Origin: an uncultured Alphaproteobacteria bacterium
GTDB taxonomy: Bacteria > Pseudomonadota > Alphaproteobacteria > CAAHEQ01 > UBA3637
Length of the DNA: 64,000 bases
Assembly (NCBI GenBank): GCA_934234055.1
Contig: CAKQGY010000002.1
Coordinates: 74,427-138,426 of the forward strand
Reading direction: 5' to 3'
Below, in pieces: positions 36,977-46,566 of the stretch. Both the position numbers and the translations under genes were made by a program. Under the pieces are notes generated by a model. The model saw only the letters and a program-made list of their open reading frames with translations, had not been told where the DNA came from and searched no databases. The number at the start of each line of letters is the position of its first letter. The first letter of the stretch is position 1.

Positions 36977-38746
36977 ATGAATCAATATCGTTCACACACT
37001 TGCGGAGCTTTGCGGACGGAAAATGCCGGCCAAACTGTCACTTTATCGGGCTGGGTCCACCGGAAACGCGACCATGGGAATTTGCTGTTCGTGGATTTGC
37101 GCGATAACTATGGAATCACGCAATGCGTCTTGGATATGACCAGTCCGACGGTCTTTAAAATCTTGGAAAAAATTCGCCCTGAATCCGTTATTACCGTGAC
37201 CGGGCAAGTGCTGAAACGCGACGCCTCTACCATCAACCCGAAAATGCCGACCGGCGAAATTGAAATCGGGGTGGAAGATGTTAAAATCCAATCCGAAGCG
37301 TCGGTGCTGCCTCTGCAAATCGTCGGCGATGAAGATGACCTGTCGGAAGAACGGCGATTGACCTATCGGTTCTTGGATTTGCGCCGGGATAAGCCGCATG
37401 AAAATATCCTGTTGCGGAATAAAATGGCGCGATTCGTGCGCGAAAAAATGTGGTCCTTGGGCTTTCCGGAATTTCAAACACCGATTCTGACATCGTCCAG
37501 CCCGGAAGGAGCGCGGGATTATCTGGTCCCCAGTCGGGTGCATAAGGGCGAATTTTATGCGCTGCCGCAATCACCGCAACAATTTAAGCAATTATTGATG
37601 GTGGCGGGGTTTGATCGCTATTTTCAACTGGCTCCTTGCTTCCGTGATGAAGATAGCCGCGCTGATCGCTCGCCGGGCGAATTCTATCAGATTGACTTTG
37701 AAATGTCGTTCGTAACGCAAGAGGAAATCTTTGCGGTCGGGGAAACCCTGATGACGGATTTGTTCCACGAATTCGCACCCAAGGCGACTGTCTCAGACGC
37801 GCCGTTTGTCCATATTCCGTTTAACGAATCAATGTTGACTTTCGGGACGGACAAGCCGGATTTGCGCAATCCGCTGCGCATCAAAGAGGTCTCCGATGTG
37901 TTTGCGGGCTCGGAATTCGGGTTGTTTGCAAATACTGTGGCCGACGGCGGATTCGTTCGCGCGATTCGCACGCCGCAAACGGCCTCTAAACCGCGCAGCT
38001 GGTTTGATAAAATGAACGGCTTTGCCGTGGAGCAAGGCATGGGCGGACTGGGTTATATTACTTTTGCTGCCGAAGGTCCCAAGGGACCGATCGCCAAGAA
38101 ATTGGACGAAGAACGCCTGAAACGCTTGCAAGAAATGACCGGCGCCGAAACGGGCGATAGCGTCTTCTTTGTGTGCGGAAAGGGCGATCCGGTGGTCAAA
38201 TTTGCCGGCACCGTGCGCACTTTGCTGGGACAGGAATTGGGCTTGATTGAAGAAAATGCGTTCCGATTCTGTTGGATTACGGACTTCCCGTTCTATGAAA
38301 AGAACGAGGAAACCGGCGCCCCCGAGTTCTCGCACAATCCGTTCTCTATGCCGCAGGGCGAAATGGACGCTTTGATAAACCAAAATCCGTTTGAAATTAA
38401 AGCCTATCAGTTTGATATGGTATGCAACGGGTATGAAATCTTGTCCGGCGCAATCCGGAATCATCGGCCTGATGTGATGTTTAAGGCCTTTGAAATTGCG
38501 GGCTATGGGCCGGAAGTCGTTAAGGAAAAATTTGCGGGATTGCTGAACGCGTTCCAGTATGGAGCCCCTCCGCACGGGGGTGCTGCGTTCGGGTTTGACC
38601 GGTTGGTGATGTTGCTGACAGATGAAAGTTATATCCGCGAAGTGATTGCTTTCCCGTTCAATCAACAGGCTCAGGATTTACTGATGCATGCGCCGTCGCC
38701 GGTGACCGAAAAACAATTGCGAGAAGTCCATATTAAATTGCGATAA
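36977..38746 (+). CDS. aspS: Aspartate--tRNA ligase
   Basis: 589-aa class II aaRS. N-terminal OB anticodon-binding domain. Motifs [13 protein letters not shown] and GGAAFGFDR. Confidence 0.95.
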   Translation: MNQYRSHTCGALRTENAGQTVTLSGWVHRKRDHGNLLFVDLRDNYGITQCVLDMTSPTVFKILEKIRPESVITVTGQVLKRDASTINPKMPTGEIEIGVEDVKIQSEASVLPLQIVGDEDDLSEERRLTYRFLDLRRDKPHENILLRNKMARFVREKMWSLGFPEFQTPILTSSSPEGARDYLVPSRVHKGEFYALPQSPQQFKQLLMVAGFDRYFQLAPCFRDEDSRADRSPGEFYQIDFEMSFVTQEEIFAVGETLMTDLFHEFAPKATVSDAPFVHIPFNESMLTFGTDKPDLRNPLRIKEVSDVFAGSEFGLFANTVADGGFVRAIRTPQTASKPRSWFDKMNGFAVEQGMGGLGYITFAAEGPKGPIAKKLDEERLKRLQEMTGAETGDSVFFVCGKGDPVVKFAGTVRTLLGQELGLIEENAFRFCWITDFPFYEKNEETGAPEFSHNPFSMPQGEMDALINQNPFEIKAYQFDMVCNGYEILSGAIRNHRPDVMFKAFEIAGYGPEVVKEKFAGLLNAFQYGAPPHGGAAFGFDRLVMLLTDESYIREVIAFPFNQQAQDLLMHAPSPVTEKQLREVHIKLR

Positions 38747-38792
38747 ACAGGAGGTTCAATTATGCGCATTTATAAGAAATTTACAAGCAATA

Positions 38793-38804
38793 CCCCCCCC
38801 CCCC
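38793..38804. repeat. Homopolymeric C12 tract (candidate slipped-strand phase-variation switch)
   Basis: Twelve consecutive C. It sits between a strong RBS plus ATG (38749-38764) and the pilin-like ORF, which is in the +1 frame relative to that ATG. Confidence 0.8.
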
Positions 38805-38810
38805 GTATGT

Positions 38811-40574
38811 GTGAATAATTCTTGTTTTTCAAGTGGTTATAATGCGTTATTAAAGTATTTTCGTATGAACTTCGGCCGGCGCTCCGGGGCGCGGGGTGCA
38901 AAGGCATGTTCCGAATCGGGTCGCAGTATGGTAGAGATGCTGGGTGTATTGGCGATTATCGGCGTGTTGACCGTCGGTGGGGTTGCCGGGTATAACTTTG
39001 CGATGACGCGGTATCGGGCCAACGAGATTATAGAAAGCGTTAAACAACGCGCCACCGTCGGTAGCGGGCAATACCTGCAAGGTATGGAAGCGATCAACTT
39101 GTCCGAGTTCCCGAACACAATCCTGGAATATGAGACCGAATGGTTTGACGAGGGCTTGAATGGTGAGAAAGACTTGTTCTCTATTGATGTGAAAGAGGTG
39201 CCGCAGGCGGTGTGTCAGGATATCTTGGATCGGAACTGGACTTGGCCGGCGGGGATTTTTGTGAACGAGCGGGCTATTCCCTGCCCCGAGGGGAACAGCA
39301 AGATGACCTTTGTGTTCGCGGGGGACTTGAACGAGCGCACCGACGCGGAGGCGTATGATCCGTGTTGGGGCAAAACCTGCTGCCGCGTAACGGACACAGA
39401 CACTTTGGCGTTTGAAGAAGGCCAAGACCTATCTAATAAAGAATGTAAGAAAACAGCCGCCAACAATTTAACTTGCTGCACCACGGCGGATACGCGGCAG
39501 TGCTATTTTGATCAGGCTTCAATTGACAGGTATGGGCCTCACCAGAACACAATTGCGGACTGCACCAATGACGGACGGCACCGGTGCGACGACAATTTGA
39601 ACTGCGGCTGCACCACGGGGTGCACGAACCCGGACAAGGTGCAGAATCCGAACACCTGTGTGTGCACTTGCCCGACGGGGGTGCCAAACGCCAATGACAA
39701 CGCGTGTGTGGAATGTCTGGCCGATACAGACTGCACCGGCGGCAAAGTATGCAATATGGCAGATAATACCTGTAAGTGTCCGGAGTCGGGCACAGCACCC
39801 ACGAACGCCTGCTATACGGCCACCGAGCACGCAGCGACGGAAGCATGTTCGGCCTATACAACTTACGAGCCCTTGACCTGCACCGAGCCCAAGACCGAAT
39901 GCGACCTTGCCAACAACGTCTGCAAATGCCCGGCGTGCACGGCTGCCGGTATGACCCAAAACGCCGATACCTGTGAATGCACCTGCCCGGGTGGAAAAGT
40001 GTTTAACTCAATAACCCGAAAATGTGTGGAGTGCGTGAATAATACGGACTGCGCCGGGGATAAAGTTTGTAACACGGCAAACAACACGTGCAAATGTCCG
40101 GCGTGCGCGGCTGCCGGTATGACACAAAATGCCGATACCTGCGAATGCAACTGTCCGACAGGTGAGCGCTTTAATAACGAAACGCAACAATGCGAAACGG
40201 ATTGTGCCACAGCAGCAATCCCGACAATACCGGCAGGTTCAGACGTTTTAGGGGTGAAAATTGATAATGGCCGAAAATATGCTGAAGGGAAATGGGTAGC
40301 TGAACTTGGCCCGTTTGAGTGCCCGTATGTGGTTAGTGGTTGTTTATGGCATACCACTAACGAAGTTGTTTATTACATAGATGATGTAGCGGTATATTCA
40401 ATGATGGCTTGTCATGTTGATGAGGGTTGTTACAGCGATACTTGTGCTGCCGCCGGAAATCGGTGCTGGTCAGCCGAGTTACCTGCGGGTAGTCAACTGC
40501 GCGTAAAGTTATGGAAAGGTAAGAAAAATTGGTATGCGCAGTTTAAAGGAAGTCTATACCTGAATAGACCATAG
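38811..40574 (+). CDS. Cysteine-rich tandem-repeat protein with type IV pilin-like N-terminal domain (in OFF frame relative to the upstream ATG at 38762)
   Basis: 587-aa ORF (GTG start). G-RSMVEMLGVLAIIGVLTVGGVAGY matches the prepilin N-methylation/TM consensus (Glu at +5, AIIG, Tyr). It then carries more than 60 Cys. The unit [DTCxCxCPxG..CVEC..TDC..KVCN..NTCKCP] recurs about 3.5 times, including a near-identical 168-bp tandem duplication at 39921 and 40089. Confidence 0.6.
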   Translation: MNNSCFSSGYNALLKYFRMNFGRRSGARGAKACSESGRSMVEMLGVLAIIGVLTVGGVAGYNFAMTRYRANEIIESVKQRATVGSGQYLQGMEAINLSEFPNTILEYETEWFDEGLNGEKDLFSIDVKEVPQAVCQDILDRNWTWPAGIFVNERAIPCPEGNSKMTFVFAGDLNERTDAEAYDPCWGKTCCRVTDTDTLAFEEGQDLSNKECKKTAANNLTCCTTADTRQCYFDQASIDRYGPHQNTIADCTNDGRHRCDDNLNCGCTTGCTNPDKVQNPNTCVCTCPTGVPNANDNACVECLADTDCTGGKVCNMADNTCKCPESGTAPTNACYTATEHAATEACSAYTTYEPLTCTEPKTECDLANNVCKCPACTAAGMTQNADTCECTCPGGKVFNSITRKCVECVNNTDCAGDKVCNTANNTCKCPACAAAGMTQNADTCECNCPTGERFNNETQQCETDCATAAIPTIPAGSDVLGVKIDNGRKYAEGKWVAELGPFECPYVVSGCLWHTTNEVVYYIDDVAVYSMMACHVDEGCYSDTCAAAGNRCWSAELPAGSQLRVKLWKGKKNWYAQFKGSLYLNRP

Positions 40575-40640
40575 GTGATTGTGAGACGGCAAGTGGTAGA
40601 ACAAGATTTTACCACTTGTGAGGTATGGTGAGGATATAAT

Positions 40641-40750
40641 GTTTTGTGGATTGCCGCGGCCTGACGGCCTCGCAATGACAGAAGGACTTCATTGCTTAAT
40701 GGATTGCCACGAGACGCAAAGCGTCTCTCGCAATGATGGGAGGGAGGAGG
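40641..40750. repeat. Two tandem subtype-2 palindromic repeat copies (F1 40641-40678, F2 40694-40750)
   Basis: GTTTTGTGGATTGCCGCGGCCTGACGGCCTCGCAATGA and GCTTAATGGATTGCCACGAGACGCAAAGCGTCTCTCGCAATGATGGGAGGGAGG. Confidence 0.7.
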
Positions 40751-40789
40751 CGTTGGCGGATCAAAGATTGCGCAGTTCGTCAGAATGGC

Positions 40790-40826
40790 AACAGATAATA
40801 AAAAAGGGAGGGGTGCAAGGCCCCTC
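40790..40826 (-). terminator. Intrinsic terminator for ssb (hairpin GGAGGGG-N7-CCCCTCC followed by a U-run on the minus strand)
   Basis: On the + strand an A-run precedes the 7-bp GC-rich stem. Confidence 0.5.
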
Positions 40827-40897
40827 CTTGGTAAAGTTAAAATCAGCGACAGGCAAGCCCCAAAAAAAACGGGCTGAGGCCTTGTGCCGGTCTGAAA

Positions 40898-41368
40898 CTA
40901 GAACGGGATTTCGTCATCAAATCCACCGGCCGTCGGAGCCGAATCCCAGCCGTTTGCTGCCGATGAATCCGATGCCGGTGTGCTGTCCATCGCCGGAGCC
41001 GAATCACCCGATTGCGCGCCACGGCTGTCCAACATCACCAGTTCGCCCCGATAAGCACCCAAGACAATCTCGGTTGAAAACTTGTCCTGGCCGGAAGCAT
41101 CGGTGAACTTGCGCGTTTGAAGTGCGCCCTCTACATACACCTTGGAACCTTTTTTCAAGAAACGCTCGGCAAAGTCCGCCAAGTTCGTGTTAAACACAAC
41201 CACGCGGTGCCATTCGGTTTTTTCCTGGCGCTCGCCACTTTTATCTTTCCAACTGTCAGAAGTGGCGACAGATAAATGAACAATTTTTTGCCCCGCATTC
41301 GTATGCCGAATCTCGGGATCGCGACCCAAATTACCCACCAAAATCACTTTGTTAATACTACCAGCCAT
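40898..41368 (-). CDS. ssb: Single-stranded DNA-binding protein
   Basis: OB-fold N-terminus (NKVILVGNLGRDPEIR) and an acidic C-terminal tail ending DDEIPF. Confidence 0.95.
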   Translation of the reverse strand: MAGSINKVILVGNLGRDPEIRHTNAGQKIVHLSVATSDSWKDKSGERQEKTEWHRVVVFNTNLADFAERFLKKGSKVYVEGALQTRKFTDASGQDKFSTEIVLGAYRGELVMLDSRGAQSGDSAPAMDSTPASDSSAANGWDSAPTAGGFDDEIPF

Positions 41369-41443
41369 AATTTTATCCTTTCGTAAAAATGTAATTATCC
41401 GATATAGAATACCCTATTTTTGCCAAAAATGCAAACTTTTTTA

Positions 41444-42136
41444 TCAGGCGCGCATCAATTCTCCGTATAAACGCAAAACCTCGGGGGTGCTGATGAACTT
41501 GGCGCGCCAGGCGTCCAGCCCCTTTTGCCAATCGGCTCGCGGCAGGTCGGGATCGGATTTGGCTTGCTCTAAAAACTGATAAATCGTTTGGTGAATATCT
41601 GACGGCGAATCGGGCAACCCCGCCACCGCCATATAGGTATCCAGTGCGACTCCGAAATCATTCAGACCCGCCGCCATATTCGCAACCGTCAGCCCCAGTT
41701 CGGCATTATCGGGTTCCAGGGTGAAGGCCTGACGCAAGGCATAAACAGCTTCGTCATCGTGATTTAAAGCCGACAAGCAATGCGCCGCATTCACATACGA
41801 GGGCGCAAAATTTTCGTCCGTTAAAATCGCGGCATCACAGGCATTGAGCGCGTCTACATACCGCCCCAGCGTCAGCAATGTGGATCCGTAATTACAACGC
41901 GCCTGGACATTAAAGGTGTCCAGCTCTATAGCCTTGGCATAGGATTGCGTGGCTTCCTCAAATCGGCCGAGACCATAAAGCGCATTTCCACGCAGCACAT
42001 ATAAAGCCGATAAATCATCGTTATCGGAAACACTGTGCCGATCCAGAACGGTGCTTACCTCGGCCAACACTTCGCCAAAACGATTTTGCGCGTTCCAGTC
42101 GTTCAATTGATCTATAAATTGTGTTAAATCTTGCAT
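41444..42136 (-). CDS. TPR repeat protein
   Basis: 230 aa with repeated 34-aa TPR-like units (YVLRGNALYGLGRFEEATQSYAKAIEL..). Confidence 0.6.
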   Translation of the reverse strand: MQDLTQFIDQLNDWNAQNRFGEVLAEVSTVLDRHSVSDNDDLSALYVLRGNALYGLGRFEEATQSYAKAIELDTFNVQARCNYGSTLLTLGRYVDALNACDAAILTDENFAPSYVNAAHCLSALNHDDEAVYALRQAFTLEPDNAELGLTVANMAAGLNDFGVALDTYMAVAGLPDSPSDIHQTIYQFLEQAKSDPDLPRADWQKGLDAWRAKFISTPEVLRLYGELMRA

Positions 42137-42148
42137 ATCATCATTCTC

Positions 42149-44671
42149 CTAGGCTAAAATACGTTCAATCATTTCACGCGCGTTGACGGACAAAGTCGGA
42201 ATTGTCAATAACTCGCGCAAGGCGGATTCGGCATGGGCTTGGCGATTTGCATCATACTTTTTATAACGCGCAAAGGCCGCCAGCAAATTCGCCGTAATCT
42301 TGGGGTTGATGCGATCCAACAGCGCGCACTGTCCCGCGAAAAAGCGATACCCGGCGCCGTCCGGGCGATTAAAGGCAATCAAATTACCGCCAAACGCTCC
42401 GATCACAGCACGAACTTTGTTCGGATTCTTGTAATCAAACACCGGGTGATTGATCAACGCACGGACTGTATCCAGTGCGGATTCTTTGGGCGCACGGGCC
42501 TGCAACAAAAACCATTTGTTCAGGACAAGATCATCGTCCTGATACCGGTGAGCAAAATCGGCCAGAGCATCATCCCGGTGCGGCATATCGTTGTGAATCA
42601 AAATACTGAGTGCCGTAAGGCGGTCGGTCAGGTTATCGGATTGTTGATACTGCTGCCAGACCAAATCGCGGTGAGGCGTGAGAGCCAAATAGCCCAGCGC
42701 AACATTCTTTAAGGCCCGTTTGGCGGCAGGTTCCGTCTCGGGCGAATAGGCACCGGGGGTTTGATTATCGTAATACAATTGCAGCAGCTTGTCCGCGTAT
42801 TGATCGGCAAAGGCTTGACGCATCGCGCGACGGACCGACACGACGGTATCAATATCCACTGTGTCCAGACGGCCGATAATATCGCTTTCAACCGGCAGCA
42901 CGATCGCACGCGCCAAAAAGGCTTTGTCCAGATTCGGCGTGTCCAAATACGAACCCAGCGCCCGAATCACATCGGCGTTCGGTGTCAGATCGTGATTTTG
43001 GGTCATCCGGGTCATCACGTCCAACGCGTATTGCTGGCCCACATCATACCGATTAAACAAGTCCGAATCATAGGTCATTAAATGCAATCGCTCGGCCGAG
43101 GTGTAAGTTATCTCTATATCCACGGGAGCCGTCAGGGCACGGTTGATGGACAAGACCGGTTTTTCCTTTAATTTCGGGAATGTAAAGGTCTGTTCCCGTT
43201 CACGCAAAATCAATGTGCCGGATTTCAAATCGCGGCCGTTTTTCCCCACCAGTCCGTAATGAAGCGGAATAACAAACGGCTTGTCGCAAGTTCTGTGCGA
43301 TTGGGCAAGCGTGACAGAAAAAGTGCCTTTGTCCCAGTGGGTTTTAACCGCCACACGCGGCCGACCCGCAACGGAATACCATTGTTTGAACTGAGTCAAA
43401 TCGGTGCCGGAGGCGTCCTCTATGGCACGGACAAAGTCGTCAATCGTGACGGCCTGGCCATCGTGGCGCTTGAAATACAGGTCGCACCCTTTGCGGAAAG
43501 CCGCGTCACCGACGATGGCTTGTTGCATACGAATAACTTCGGCCCCTTTTTCATAAATCGTGGTGGTGTAAAAATTGTCAATCTCTTGATACGAATCGGG
43601 ACGCACCGGATGAGCCAGCGGGCCGTCGTCTTCGGGATACTGAAAGGTGCGCAAAGTAATGGCGTCATCAATCCGACCGACCGCACGCGAACGCACATCA
43701 TAGCCGAATTCTTCGTCCCGATAGACGGTAAAACCCTCTTTGAGCGAAAGTTCAAACCAGCTGCGCAAAGTGACGCGATCGCCGCTGTAATTATGGAAAT
43801 ATTCGTGTCCGACAACATGTTCTATATACTCAAAAGTGGCGTCGGTTGCTGTATCCTTGGAAGCAAGCAGGGCTGCGTCATTGTAAATGTTGAGCGACTT
43901 GTTCTCCATGGCACCGGCATTAAAGTGCGAAACAGCGACAATGTTAAAAGATTTCAGGTCATATTCCAAACCGAATCGCTTTTCGTCCCAAGCCATCGCT
44001 TTTTTAAGAGCCTCCATCGCCCAATAGAGGCGATCTTTTTTGCCCGTCTCGCAATAGAGCCCCAGTTGGACAACTTTACCGGATTTGGTCGTGAAGGTGT
44101 CGTGAATGGAATCTAAATCCCCAGCGACCAAGGCAAACAAATAACTGGGCTTGGCAAACGGATCTTCAAAGACGACCGTGTCGCCGGTATCTTTAATCTT
44201 GTTCCCGTTGGACAGCACAATCGGGTATTGTTTGCGATCGGCGTGAATGGTGACGGTCCAATGGCTGAGCACATCGGAATGGTCGGGATAATAGGTAATA
44301 CTGCGGAAGCCCTCGGGCTCGTTTTGGGTGCACAGCATACCGTCGGACGCATACAGGCCGAACAAGCGCGTGTTTTCGGTCGGATTGATGTGAACGGTGG
44401 TTTCTAAAACAAACTTTTTATGCTGCGGATGAATCGTCAGCGTGTGTTCGGTGAGCTCGTAATCCCGAGCAGAAAGCAAACGCCCATCCAATACGATTCG
44501 CGTCAGGCGCATATACTCGCCGTTCAGAACCAACGGTTTGCCGACTTGGTAATCCGTAAAAGTCAAACGCGCCGAAACAACCGTGTCAGTCGGATCCAGC
44601 GTGAAATCCAACTCGGTCTTGGGCAGATGATAATGCGGTGCTACGTAATCTTTTCTGTATTTTAATGTCAT
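42149..44671 (-). CDS. pepN: Aminopeptidase N (M1 family)
   Basis: 840 aa with GAMEN and HEYFHNYSG ... E zinc-binding motifs. Confidence 0.9.
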   Translation of the reverse strand: MTLKYRKDYVAPHYHLPKTELDFTLDPTDTVVSARLTFTDYQVGKPLVLNGEYMRLTRIVLDGRLLSARDYELTEHTLTIHPQHKKFVLETTVHINPTENTRLFGLYASDGMLCTQNEPEGFRSITYYPDHSDVLSHWTVTIHADRKQYPIVLSNGNKIKDTGDTVVFEDPFAKPSYLFALVAGDLDSIHDTFTTKSGKVVQLGLYCETGKKDRLYWAMEALKKAMAWDEKRFGLEYDLKSFNIVAVSHFNAGAMENKSLNIYNDAALLASKDTATDATFEYIEHVVGHEYFHNYSGDRVTLRSWFELSLKEGFTVYRDEEFGYDVRSRAVGRIDDAITLRTFQYPEDDGPLAHPVRPDSYQEIDNFYTTTIYEKGAEVIRMQQAIVGDAAFRKGCDLYFKRHDGQAVTIDDFVRAIEDASGTDLTQFKQWYSVAGRPRVAVKTHWDKGTFSVTLAQSHRTCDKPFVIPLHYGLVGKNGRDLKSGTLILREREQTFTFPKLKEKPVLSINRALTAPVDIEITYTSAERLHLMTYDSDLFNRYDVGQQYALDVMTRMTQNHDLTPNADVIRALGSYLDTPNLDKAFLARAIVLPVESDIIGRLDTVDIDTVVSVRRAMRQAFADQYADKLLQLYYDNQTPGAYSPETEPAAKRALKNVALGYLALTPHRDLVWQQYQQSDNLTDRLTALSILIHNDMPHRDDALADFAHRYQDDDLVLNKWFLLQARAPKESALDTVRALINHPVFDYKNPNKVRAVIGAFGGNLIAFNRPDGAGYRFFAGQCALLDRINPKITANLLAAFARYKKYDANRQAHAESALRELLTIPTLSVNAREMIERILA

Positions 44672-45174
44672 TTTTTTATCCTTTCTTGTAATTGATTAAG
44701 CCAATACTGCTGCCGAACGGGGTCGCCTTCAAGCCGAACAGCCAAACTTGTCATCGCACCGGTGTGGCCAAGGGTAGCGGCACGCCTGAAATAATCCAGC
44801 GAATCGCCGGAAACGGGATAGCCGCGTTCTTGCCAAACGGCAAGGGCATACAGAGCCTCGGGGAGATTAGAATCGGCGGCCTGTTGCATCAGGGAAACGG
44901 CACGTTCGCGATTCTCGGGAATTTTGTCGCCGACATCATACATCAGGGCCAATCGGTATTGTGCCTGCGTGTGGCCCGATTCGGCCGCACGGGTTAAATA
45001 GCGCAGAGCCAGGGGATAGTTGTGTTGCTGCACCGCCGTAAAACCCAAGCGTGCATAATCGTCGGGGGTGCGCAGAGCCTCGCGCCCGATCAGGCACGCA
45101 ACCGACACCAGCGATACCGCCAAAAGCGTCGCCACAACCGTGGTCGGTTTGAAATAAGATAAAGCCTTTTTCAT
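44668..45174 (-). CDS. Sel1-like repeat protein, probably secreted or lipoprotein
   Basis: N-terminal hydrophobic segment ending in a Cys, then Sel1-type repeats (AQYRLALMYDVGDKIPENRERAVSLMQQAADSNLPEALYALAVW). Confidence 0.55.
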   Translation of the reverse strand: MKKALSYFKPTTVVATLLAVSLVSVACLIGREALRTPDDYARLGFTAVQQHNYPLALRYLTRAAESGHTQAQYRLALMYDVGDKIPENRERAVSLMQQAADSNLPEALYALAVWQERGYPVSGDSLDYFRRAATLGHTGAMTSLAVRLEGDPVRQQYWLNQLQERIKK

Positions 45175-45183
45175 ACATTCTCC

Positions 45184-46566
45184 TTGCAAAATGGGAAAAA
45201 CATGTGTAAAATACCCCTTAATTTTGTTATTGTAAAAGGAAATTTTGTTTTGTGCAAGGCTTTTTATTATAAAAATGTCAATTTTTCACCCGAAAGTGGG
45301 GTTTTGACCCTGAATTATGGGGTTGATGCGCGAGAGCAATTTACGGAAACTTTCACTTTTCCGGGGGCACCGTTCGCCGTGTCAGCACGCAAAAAACAGG
45401 CGTTGGATCAGATTTTCAGGCTGCTGCATATTGCAGCAGGAATCAGTTATTACAAGGCTTTTCTGCCCGAGAAAATGATTTTGAAAAATGGAGGTCTGAC
45501 GCCCGAGGAAGCGGCTTTCTTTGAACGGTTTTATGTGAATGGGCTGGGCGAATTTGCCGTGCGCAATCACCTGAACCTGCAAGGCAAGATTCACTTCCCG
45601 TGCGACAAAAAAGTGCGGCGAATCGCAATAGATTTACGACTACCGTATAATGCCCTGATTCCCATAGGGGGCGGGAAAGATTCGTGCGTGGTAACGGAGT
45701 TGATTAAAATGACGGATCTGCCGGCGATGACGGTGGCTGTGGGTGCACCGCGCCCGATTCGCGAGTGTATGGCCGTGGCGGGGCTGCCCAGTGTGGTTTT
45801 GACACGGCAGATTGACCCGCACCTGTTGGAACTGAACCAAGCGGGAAAAACTCTGAACGGGCATGTGCCGATTACGGGAATCTTGGCCTTTGTGCTGTGG
45901 GCGGCGGCGATTCTGTATGATAAAAAATATGTCGTGATGTCGTGCGAACGATCGGCAAACAGCGGCAATATGAAGCAAGGGGAGTTGGAAGTTAATCATC
46001 AATACAGTAAATCCTTGACCTTTGAACAGGATTTTTATCAAATAACACAAACTATCACACCGGATTTTCGGTATTTTTCACTGCTACGACCACTGTCGGA
46101 AGCGCATATCGCAAAATTGTTTTCCCGGCTGTGCCCGGCCTATTTCAACGTTTTTACCAGCTGTAATCGGGCCTTTCGATTAGACGAATCCAAACGATTG
46201 GATCGGTGGTGCGGGGATTGTGATAAATGTCGATTCGTGTTTTTAATTCTGGCGCCGTTTATGAATCGGGAAACTTTAATCCGGTTGGTGGGAAAGAATC
46301 CCTTGGATGATGAATCGCAAATGAATGGGTGGCGCGAATTGCTGGGGCTGGCGGGACATAAGCCCTTTGAATGCGTGGGAGAAATTGCCGAATCGCGCTG
46401 GGCTTTGGCGCAATTAGCGAATCGGACAGAATGGCAAAATGACGCCGTTGTGCGGCAGTTGTCTCCTGCGATTACAGGCTGTGAGGCAGGCTTGATTTTC
46501 ACGCCGGCAACTGCCCATTTAATTCCGGAGGAGTTATCAAATGTATTGGAACAATTTAAACGGTAA
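45184..46566 (+). CDS. PP-loop (SGGKDS-type) ATP pyrophosphatase-family protein with C-terminal CxxC; possible MurL-like partner of the adjacent MurD-like ligase
   Basis: 460 aa. The IGGGKDSC motif matches the adenine-nucleotide alpha-hydrolase PP-loop. RWCGDCDKCR lies near the C-terminus. Its 3' end overlaps the murD-like gene by 26 nt. Confidence 0.5.
   Translation: MQNGKNMCKIPLNFVIVKGNFVLCKAFYYKNVNFSPESGVLTLNYGVDAREQFTETFTFPGAPFAVSARKKQALDQIFRLLHIAAGISYYKAFLPEKMILKNGGLTPEEAAFFERFYVNGLGEFAVRNHLNLQGKIHFPCDKKVRRIAIDLRLPYNALIPIGGGKDSCVVTELIKMTDLPAMTVAVGAPRPIRECMAVAGLPSVVLTRQIDPHLLELNQAGKTLNGHVPITGILAFVLWAAAILYDKKYVVMSCERSANSGNMKQGELEVNHQYSKSLTFEQDFYQITQTITPDFRYFSLLRPLSEAHIAKLFSRLCPAYFNVFTSCNRAFRLDESKRLDRWCGDCDKCRFVFLILAPFMNRETLIRLVGKNPLDDESQMNGWRELLGLAGHKPFECVGEIAESRWALAQLANRTEWQNDAVVRQLSPAITGCEAGLIFTPATAHLIPEELSNVLEQFKR

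Noticed and set aside
39700-40200. Considered a diversity-generating retroelement acting on the near-identical 168-bp Cys-module duplicates
   Set aside because: No reverse transcriptase, accessory variability determinant or template-repeat/IMH motifs are present in the window.
40618-41106. 162-aa plus-strand ORF spanning the F1/F2 repeats and antisense ssb
   Set aside because: It starts inside palindromic repeats and runs antisense through ssb. No RBS.
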